Shown piece by piece: positions 1-7,009 of a stretch of 64,000 nt of DNA. Origin of the DNA: Candidatus Omnitrophota bacterium (lineage in GTDB: Bacteria > Omnitrophota > Gorgyraeia > JAZDFF01); assembly GCA_043808095.1 (NCBI GenBank), contig JAZDFF010000024.1, positions 7,868 to 71,867 of the forward strand, written 5' to 3'. The notes beneath the pieces were generated by a model. That model searched no databases, had not been told where the DNA came from, and worked only from the letters and a program-made list of their open reading frames with translations. Both the position numbers and the translations under genes were made by a program. Numbering within the stretch: position 1 is the stretch's first letter; the number at the start of each line of letters is the position of its first letter.

Positions 1-155
1 ATGGCCTTTCCCGTGTCATTTAGAGTAAATATCTCTTCGTCCAAACCCGCAGCAGCAGAAGTTATTGGCACGATAATAAACTCTCCATGGATTTCTCGGG
101 CAACTACGTCTTGAGAGGGTGCATAAACAGAATCAAGATTAACTTTTAATTCCAT
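1..155 (-). CDS. PqqD-family protein (RiPP recognition element-like), partial; 3' end runs off window start
   Basis: Minus-strand ORF with ATG at 153-155, 8 nt downstream of AGGAGG (rev-comp of 164-169). Translation MELKVNLDSVYAPSQDVVAREIHGEFIIVPITSAAAGLDEEIFTLNDTGKA... matches the PqqD/RRE pattern (VxREIxGExIIVP ... LNxTG). Start overlaps the stop (139-141) of the upstream radical SAM gene, consistent with translational coupling. Confidence 0.7.
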   Translation of the reverse strand, partial: MELKVNLDSVYAPSQDVVAREIHGEFIIVPITSAAAGLDEEIFTLNDTGKA

Positions 156-1338
156 AACCATCACCTCCTGTAAAATTTTTTATCCTTTCCTTCCAATCCT
201 CTACTGTCCAAGCCATCTCTTTTTCTTTTAACAAACCCAGGTCCCTTGCTTGAGTATGAGCAAATTCACAGAGATATTCTACGGGCGTATCCAATTTACC
301 GTATTCCATCCAGGACTTGCCAGGACACTGTTCGCACAAACCCTTTAGAAAACAACGGGCACAACGGACAAGATACTCAGGATTGACAGCCTTTATTTCT
401 CTCACCCCAGGGAAGAAATTAGTTAAGGCATCTTTTAAAGATCCTTTCCTAAGATTATAAACCATATCAGGATGCCTGAGATAGATACAAGGCTGAAAGC
501 CTCCGTATGCATTAATGTAACCGCTCCTAATTCCTGAACCACAGGAAAAAAGCCTATCCCCCATAGGCCTAGTAAACCTAGAGCAGAAGATGCGCATTTC
601 ATCAATATACACTTTTCGTCTTCTGGTGAAAATCTTCAGCCCTTCCTTATGCGAAACCCTGAGTTTCTTTATTGCCTCATTCTTCTTTGTATCATCCTGC
701 CGACAGCGCAGGTTAAAAAACATGGAATACGACGGCGGCCCAGGCATCCAAGGGATAGTAGCTGCCCAGGCCTCAAATTCATCTATTTCATCTTTATTAC
801 TAGGCAAAACAGCGCCCTTGACAATAAAAGGAATCTTTTTCTCTAATAATAAATTTATACCACGCCAGGCAGCCTCAAATGAACCAGGTGTTCTGGTTAT
901 GGCTTCATATGAACTCTTCTTCATGCCATAGACCGAAACCTCCATCTTCCCCAAAGGAGGGATACAATAAAATAAATCTGCCAAATGCGGGGTAATCAAA
1001 GTAGCATTGGTAAAAATTGAAACTTTAAGCCCCTGTTTCCTGGCAAATATGTAGAGCTCCTCAAAATCCTCTCTTAAAAGCGGTTCTCCTCCGCTAAATC
1101 TGACTATAATACAGCCTAAGGAGGCTGCTTCCCTAAGGATGTCTTTTATCTCAACCTTAGAAAACTCTTTCTCCATTGCGCCTAGATCATCTTTTGGCAG
1201 ATTAATATAACAATGAATACAATTATTATTGCAACGTTCTGTAAGCTCGATATCCAGACTGCCTAAAAGCGGAAGCTTATCTTTCCATAAAGATACCTTA
1301 TCTATCCCTAATTCTTTAACGTAAGTCTTTCGTCCCAT
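139..1338 (-). CDS. radical SAM/SPASM-domain protein (putative peptide-modifying maturase)
   Basis: 399 aa. CNNNCIHC (Cx3Cx2C) radical SAM cluster near the N-terminus, with FSGGEPLL. C-terminal Cys-rich SPASM-like region (CGSG...CARCFLKGLCEQCPG). Confidence 0.85.
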   Translation of the reverse strand: MGRKTYVKELGIDKVSLWKDKLPLLGSLDIELTERCNNNCIHCYINLPKDDLGAMEKEFSKVEIKDILREAASLGCIIVRFSGGEPLLREDFEELYIFARKQGLKVSIFTNATLITPHLADLFYCIPPLGKMEVSVYGMKKSSYEAITRTPGSFEAAWRGINLLLEKKIPFIVKGAVLPSNKDEIDEFEAWAATIPWMPGPPSYSMFFNLRCRQDDTKKNEAIKKLRVSHKEGLKIFTRRRKVYIDEMRIFCSRFTRPMGDRLFSCGSGIRSGYINAYGGFQPCIYLRHPDMVYNLRKGSLKDALTNFFPGVREIKAVNPEYLVRCARCFLKGLCEQCPGKSWMEYGKLDTPVEYLCEFAHTQARDLGLLKEKEMAWTVEDWKERIKNFTGGDGYGIKS

Positions 1339-1523
1339 TATAGAAACTTCTATATCTCGTTTTAAAAAACAACAATACCATTATTATAGCCCTGGCAACT
1401 AATCATTATCATCTGTTTGTGTTAAACAAAAAGTATTCTGAACTGTTATATGAGCTTAGTCAGAAACCTAATTTTGTTTACGTTTACCCTAAGGGCTAAA
1501 AATTAAAGGTAACCAAATAATGG

Positions 1524-1721
1524 TTAAGAATCCGTAAGAGTATTGCATTTCTCGCACGACTCAATACCCAATATGCCCATACAGTCTCCTATTGAACCGG
1601 TCGCACTGATGGAAAGGGCTGCAGTTTGGTTATCACGTTTACATCTAGCAAGAATCGCCTCTGCGGGATTTCCTCTTACCAACACAATTAAGTGCGGCTT
1701 CTTCCATTTTTTCTTCTTCAT
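1524..1721 (-). CDS. small Cys-rich peptide, candidate precursor (substrate) peptide of the flanking radical SAM/PqqD/kinase genes
   Basis: 65-aa ORF co-oriented with both flanking radical SAM genes. A perfect AGGAGGTGATAGAGT-ATG Shine-Dalgarno (rev-comp of 1722-1736) precedes the ATG. Lys-rich N-terminus (MKKKKWKKPHLIVL), then a Cys-rich C-terminal third (ARCKRD...GDCMG...ESCEKCNTLTDS) ending in Ser. Confidence 0.45.
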   Translation of the reverse strand: MKKKKWKKPHLIVLVRGNPAEAILARCKRDNQTAALSISATGSIGDCMGILGIESCEKCNTLTDS

Positions 1722-1788
1722 ACTCTATCACCTCCTGTCATTAATTATCTCACCTTTTTCTATTTTCCTCAACTTCCTTTGGTCCCTT

Positions 1789-3744
1789 TCATAAACGCTT
1801 CAGTACGTCTACTACCCTGTCACTCTTGTTAAAATAAAGCCTATAACAAGGAGTCTCGCTAGACAGTCTATCTATAAGCGAAAGTGTCTTCTCCCACCAA
1901 TCAACGGTGGCAAATGGTTTTATCAGACAACTCAGTATCCTATTGGTTATTTCTTTTTTATTATCAATGGTTATTAGCCGATTTTCTTCTGACTTCTCCA
2001 AGAATAATATAGCCTTTAAAGGAGCGGAATTTCCTGAAACATCATGAACATCCCCATGGCTCCAGGTTCCATAAATTTTAAAACCGCGATGAAGTCTTCT
2101 TATAATCATACGCTCATCGCAAAGTATCTCGGCCTCGCCTTTAAGTATTGTGGCCATAGTAGATTTGCCTGCCTCAGAATGACCCACAAAAAGCAATCCC
2201 TTGCCATCAAGATTCACGCCACAGGAGTGAAGATAGCATCCCTGTCTATCAGCTAAAATTTGCGCCAAGAGTAACTGATCAGTAGGAAAAAGGGTAAGGG
2301 AATGCAGATTACCCTTCAAAAATGACTCATCTTTTTCATTGTATATCCTGGCCCTGGTGTAATCATGGTTAAATACAGCTACCTGATGAAAACCATTGTC
2401 TTTTGTAGCAGGAGAGATTCCCAGGTAGATCCAGGAGTCGTCTTTTTTATATATGGCCCAGGGTGGAGTGCGATAAACCTCCATACCTAAGTCCTGCCTG
2501 TTCAAATCAGGAAGACAAAAATGATGCTTTACGGTGATAACTTCCTCTCCCGAATCATCCACCGCAAAATTCCTAAATTTTTGATGAAAAGTAGTATCGG
2601 TTATGGGCAAATCGGATTCTAGTTGGATGGTAATATCGGCAATTCTAAAGTAACGTCGGTGGTCTTTCTTGTAGTTATCTTTGAACTTCTTATTCTCCTT
2701 TGCCACATCGCAGAGATATTCAACTTTGGCTGAGAATCTATGGTGCTCCAAATAGCCATACACCGGACACCATCTACAATCATTCCTTAGCTCGCAAGAA
2801 CCGCAATTTTCAAGATATACTTTTGTAACTTTATTTTTTTTTGCTAAAGAAGGAATAAACTCCTCCCAGCCTTCCTTAAAACTACCCTTTCTTAAGTCAT
2901 AACGAAAAGTAGAATCCTTAATAAAAGGACAGAAGCTCATCTGGCCATAAGGGTCTATATGAAAATCGCGTCTATTGGCTATGCAAGAGGCAAAGAAATA
3001 ATCATTTTTAGCCTGGCTATCGAAGTATTGTTCTGTCTTTTGCGCCACCCGATATTCATAAGACAAATCTGGGTTGTCAATCTCTATTACCTCTTCAGGA
3101 GTAAGCCTTTGTTGAATTATTTCGCTATTTATTTCCGGGACACCGCAAGACGAGAGATAGAACCAAGAAGCGCTAAACCTATAATCAGGGCTTAAGGACT
3201 TAGCTAAATCAATCATCCCCTGAAGTTGATGGTAATTATCCCTCATTGGGATAAGCTGGACAATAAAACCTACTCCTGCTTCCTTTAAATAATTCAGGCC
3301 CCGCATAGTTGCTTCGAACGAACCAGGGTTACGGGTGATATGGTCATGTACTCCAGGAATTGCGCCATAGAGAGCAACCATCTTAGACCCTTTTCTTTTC
3401 ATCAGCCGAGCGATTTCAGGAGTAATCAAAGTACCGTTGGTATTTATAGAATAGGAATTAAAATTACTGGTAAGATAATCAAAAATCGCGGGAAAATCTG
3501 GCCTTAGCATTGGTTCACCGCCAGACATAGACCATCGACGACAACCCATAATTTTGGCCTCATCCACTATTCCTTTTATCTCATCAAAGGACATCTCTTT
3601 TTTCTTTTCTTCAGAATCGGAAGGAATCCTTAACCAGCAGTGCCGACAATTATTGTTACAGCGATAGGTAAGGTCAACGCTTCCTTCAAGTGGAAGGCGT
3701 GGTAAGATATTCGTTTTCTTTATTTGAAGATAATCCTCGGCCAT
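1789..3744 (-). CDS. radical SAM/SPASM maturase fused to C-terminal HprK-like P-loop kinase domain
   Basis: 651 aa. N-terminal CNNNCRHC (Cx3Cx2C) plus MSGGEPML. SPASM-like CGSCELRNDCRWCPVYG. C-terminal region LHSCGVNLDGKGLLFVGHSEAGKSTMATIL matches the HPr kinase/phosphorylase Walker-A region ([24 protein letters not shown] pattern). Confidence 0.8.
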   Translation of the reverse strand: MAEDYLQIKKTNILPRLPLEGSVDLTYRCNNNCRHCWLRIPSDSEEKKKEMSFDEIKGIVDEAKIMGCRRWSMSGGEPMLRPDFPAIFDYLTSNFNSYSINTNGTLITPEIARLMKRKGSKMVALYGAIPGVHDHITRNPGSFEATMRGLNYLKEAGVGFIVQLIPMRDNYHQLQGMIDLAKSLSPDYRFSASWFYLSSCGVPEINSEIIQQRLTPEEVIEIDNPDLSYEYRVAQKTEQYFDSQAKNDYFFASCIANRRDFHIDPYGQMSFCPFIKDSTFRYDLRKGSFKEGWEEFIPSLAKKNKVTKVYLENCGSCELRNDCRWCPVYGYLEHHRFSAKVEYLCDVAKENKKFKDNYKKDHRRYFRIADITIQLESDLPITDTTFHQKFRNFAVDDSGEEVITVKHHFCLPDLNRQDLGMEVYRTPPWAIYKKDDSWIYLGISPATKDNGFHQVAVFNHDYTRARIYNEKDESFLKGNLHSLTLFPTDQLLLAQILADRQGCYLHSCGVNLDGKGLLFVGHSEAGKSTMATILKGEAEILCDERMIIRRLHRGFKIYGTWSHGDVHDVSGNSAPLKAILFLEKSEENRLITIDNKKEITNRILSCLIKPFATVDWWEKTLSLIDRLSSETPCYRLYFNKSDRVVDVLKRL

Positions 3745-3807
3745 TGATATTATTTATCTCTGGAACAACCTTGTAATTCCTAAAATTTGTGTTATTCTAA
3801 TACCAAA

Positions 3808-4917
3808 ATGCTGAATTTAACCAATTCTAAAGAATCAAACTTAATCTTTCTTCTTAGCCGTATAAATCTTAATCACGCTCAATTACAAGAAGCACAACTC
3901 CTTATTGATGCTAAATTTAACTGGAGAGAATTCTTCAAAAAAGCCTACCTCTTAGACATTTATCCTCTTTTATATTATAACCTCAAAAGCATATTTGATG
4001 CAAGTAAAACCTTCCCTGCAGAAATCTATTCACGTATTAAAGTCAGTTATCAATTCAATCTGGCAAATAATCTTAAACTCTGGACCGAGTTTTTACGTGT
4101 AAAGAACCAATTTAATAACATTGATATAAATCATATTCCTTTAAAAGGCATGATCTTTATCCATAGCCTCTATTCTAAATTTGGCTTAAGGTGCCTTAGT
4201 GATATTGATATACTCATAAAAGAAAATGACATATCTGCCTGTGAAAAGCAACTCATCAAGCTAGGGTATCAAAAAGAGAAATTTGTTTCCTTAGCTTACA
4301 GACAAAAATTCCATTGCCACTATTCTTTCTTTAATCCTGACAAAAAAATCATGCTTGAACTGCATTGGGCTTTTGCCCCACCCAGGCCTCGGGTAATTGA
4401 CTTAACCGAAGTCTGGCAAAGAACTAAAATCCAAGTATTCGATAATCAGCAGGTTCTGACTTTAAGTGCCGAGGATACTTTGCTTTCCTTATGCATAAAT
4501 CTTTGCTGCAATATCCCTAACTTACAATTTATTCCTTTTAAAAATTTAGTAGATATCAATGAGCTAATCTCGCAATACAAACAAAATCTAGACTTCAATT
4601 ACATCAAAGATAAACTAGTCCAATGGAAATTGAAAGGTGCTTTTTATTATCTTTATTTTCTCACCCGCTCTTACCTCGACACTCCCTGGCCAGAAGATTT
4701 TATCTCTCAGATTACTATACCGCCATTACAAAAAAGAGCCTTAAGCCTGTATCCTCTAACCCTGAAAAAGAGGTCTCAGCTCCAAGCGATAATTCTAATG
4801 TTCTTGATGCTAAGCAATTTACGCGATGTCTCAAAACTTATCTTAGCAATATCTTCTCAGACCCTCTCTATATTTATCCAAAATAAAAAACTATTTTCCT
4901 ACTATTTAAAAAGATAA
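3808..4917 (+). CDS. nucleotidyltransferase-fold protein (PF14907-like uncharacterised nucleotidyltransferase)
   Basis: GLRCLSDIDILIKEND fits the hG[GS]...DhDh nucleotidyltransferase motif. Overall N-terminal helical region resembles NTP_transf_5 proteins. Divergent from the radical SAM operon. Start is ambiguous (TTG at 3787 or ATG at 3808). Confidence 0.55.
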   Translation: MLNLTNSKESNLIFLLSRINLNHAQLQEAQLLIDAKFNWREFFKKAYLLDIYPLLYYNLKSIFDASKTFPAEIYSRIKVSYQFNLANNLKLWTEFLRVKNQFNNIDINHIPLKGMIFIHSLYSKFGLRCLSDIDILIKENDISACEKQLIKLGYQKEKFVSLAYRQKFHCHYSFFNPDKKIMLELHWAFAPPRPRVIDLTEVWQRTKIQVFDNQQVLTLSAEDTLLSLCINLCCNIPNLQFIPFKNLVDINELISQYKQNLDFNYIKDKLVQWKLKGAFYYLYFLTRSYLDTPWPEDFISQITIPPLQKRALSLYPLTLKKRSQLQAIILMFLMLSNLRDVSKLILAISSQTLSIFIQNKKLFSYYLKR

Positions 4918-5987
4918 TATGCATTATTAATCAATAATCCAAATGTCCTTAATAAAATCTTAAAATCTAAAGCCACCGATTGATTATTGATATAGTAAAG
5001 GTCGTATTCTAAATTTGCTAATATGGGCTGTTTAGTCTGCCCGCTTATCTGCCACAGGCCGGTTATACCGGGTTTAACCAGGAGTCTTTGTTTATGTACT
5101 TCGGCATAATTTTTGACAATAAAAGGCATCTCCGGCCGAGGCCCCACCAAAGACATATCTCCTTTTAAGACATTAAAAATCTGGGGTAATTCATCAAGGC
5201 CTGTCTTGCGTAAAAATCTGCCGGTTCTTGTAATTCTCGGGTCATCGTCTTTAGGCTTTGTCTCATAAATAGGCGAAGAGGCTTCCATAGTGCGGAATTT
5301 ATAGAGCGTAAACTCCCTACCATCTCTGCCTACCCTTTTCTGTCTAAATATAGACGAGCCAGGTGAATCCATCTTTATAAGAAGGATTAATAATAAAATT
5401 AAAGGAAGCATTAAAAATAAAATTAGCAACGAAATAACAATATCAGCGCTCCTCTTAAACAAGTTATATAATTTTATAGGAATTATTTCTGGTGCCTCAA
5501 TTGCACGGATTAAGTATCTTCGTATTATGAGAAACCAAGGCGCATAAAGCGAAAATAGTGAAATTAGATAATTATTAAAACGGCCTAAACCATCTTCTAA
5601 ATCGATAATCTTGCCATCATTTTCTATTCTTATCACTTTACCCAAAATATAATCTTTGGATTCTATGGGCGAATCTGTAGTTCTCCCAAGGTTGTTATCC
5701 CCTTTAGTAAACAATACAAATGATTCATTATGGTTTATTTTTTTAACTAAGCGATGAATTATCATTTTCTTATTACTAATATTCTGACAGGCAATAATAT
5801 CGCCGATTTTCGTATCTTTATAATCAATTGCCTTAATAATTACATATTCGCCATTTTTTATGGTCGGATGCATACTCCAACCTAAGGCTTTTAGCCTAAC
5901 ATTGACACCGCTCTTGAGTAAATCCGAAAATACTTCTCTAAAGATCTCTTCGCAATGCGCAGTATCTTTATCATCTATGACCAACAT
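4902..5987 (-). CDS. fusion: N-terminal S24/S26 (signal-peptidase/LexA-like) peptidase domain plus C-terminal bacterial sugar transferase (polyprenyl-phosphate glycosyl-1-phosphate transferase)
   Basis: N-terminus GWSMHPTIKNGEYVIIKA...KGDNNLGRTTDSPI resembles S26/S24 Ser-Lys peptidase boxes. A hydrophobic segment follows. C-terminus SPGSSIFRQKRVGRDGREFTLYKFRTM...DELPQIFNVLKGDMSLVGPRPE is the Bac_transf catalytic domain signature. Confidence 0.75.
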   Translation of the reverse strand: MLVIDDKDTAHCEEIFREVFSDLLKSGVNVRLKALGWSMHPTIKNGEYVIIKAIDYKDTKIGDIIACQNISNKKMIIHRLVKKINHNESFVLFTKGDNNLGRTTDSPIESKDYILGKVIRIENDGKIIDLEDGLGRFNNYLISLFSLYAPWFLIIRRYLIRAIEAPEIIPIKLYNLFKRSADIVISLLILFLMLPLILLLILLIKMDSPGSSIFRQKRVGRDGREFTLYKFRTMEASSPIYETKPKDDDPRITRTGRFLRKTGLDELPQIFNVLKGDMSLVGPRPEMPFIVKNYAEVHKQRLLVKPGITGLWQISGQTKQPILANLEYDLYYINNQSVALDFKILLRTFGLLINNAYYLFK

Positions 5988-6982
5988 ATAGGCCTCGTAT
6001 TATTATCTAAATTTTTGCTTAAATTCTTTAATTTTATCTTTATAGCCTTTCTTTTTTCTAAAGCTATTTTTAGATATCCGAAAATACGTGGAATTTTTAA
6101 AATAAGCCTTGGCCTAAATAATAAGATATAGCTCCAGAGCTTAAACTCGTAGAATAATACATTGCCTAAACAAGAGATAAAATCTTTTAGTGTATCATTT
6201 TTTATCATCGTTATATAACGGTTCTTTAAAAGATGAAACTGCAGGTCTTCTGATAGATGCGGGAAATAATATCTTCTAAGGCATTCGATATTGGGGGGCT
6301 CGGTTTTAGCTGTTGCTCCTCTTATGTGATAAGCGACAGCCTTCGGGTTATAAAATGCCTTAAAGCCGAAGCGATTTGCCCGCCAGTTAAGGTCTAGGTC
6401 TTCAAGAAACATCCCGTAGGCTGAATCAAAATATTCGCCATCAATTTTTAACATCTCAAGCATCTCTTTCTTATAAAGAGCTGCTACTGCCCCAACGCCA
6501 AAGACATATCCGGGTTCATTAAATTGGCCGTTATTAATCTCCCCAAAACCGCGTTCTTTTGCTGTTCTATCCCCAGAAAGAATCTGGCCGCAAGAATCAA
6601 TTGATTTTCCATCACGACTTAAAATTCTTCCTGTCGCCATTCCGATTTCACTATTTTTTTCAATTGTCTCTACTAATTCTTCTATGTAACATTTTTCTAA
6701 GACTGTGTCATTATTTAAAGACAGGATGTAATCACCATTTGCCTCTTTTATGCCCTGGTTCTGGGCAGAAGAAAATAACCTATTTTCATTATTAACAATC
6801 AATTTTACGAAAGGATAATCAGATTTTAAGATCTCAACGCTTCCATCGCTAGAAGAATTATCTATAACAATTATTTCAATATTTTTATAACTCTGCCTTG
6901 ATACTGAATCCAGGCAACGCCTCAAATATTCTTTTCTGTTAAAATTAACTATTATGACGGATACTGGCTTGTTCTGTTTCAT
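5975..6982 (-). CDS. family 2 glycosyltransferase
   Basis: N-terminal VSVIIVNFNRKEYLRRCLDSV and DNSSSDGS motifs are typical of GT2. Confidence 0.8.
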   Translation of the reverse strand: MKQNKPVSVIIVNFNRKEYLRRCLDSVSRQSYKNIEIIVIDNSSSDGSVEILKSDYPFVKLIVNNENRLFSSAQNQGIKEANGDYILSLNNDTVLEKCYIEELVETIEKNSEIGMATGRILSRDGKSIDSCGQILSGDRTAKERGFGEINNGQFNEPGYVFGVGAVAALYKKEMLEMLKIDGEYFDSAYGMFLEDLDLNWRANRFGFKAFYNPKAVAYHIRGATAKTEPPNIECLRRYYFPHLSEDLQFHLLKNRYITMIKNDTLKDFISCLGNVLFYEFKLWSYILLFRPRLILKIPRIFGYLKIALEKRKAIKIKLKNLSKNLDNNTRPICWS

Positions 6983-7009
6983 TTTGTTACCAACAAAGGA
7001 AACTGTTTG

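Noticed and set aside
1543-1794. Plus-strand 83-aa ORF overlapping the candidate precursor-peptide gene
   Set aside because: It has no Shine-Dalgarno site, runs antisense to the whole operon and is Phe/Leu-rich low complexity. The minus-strand 65-aa ORF has a perfect AGGAGG at ideal spacing.
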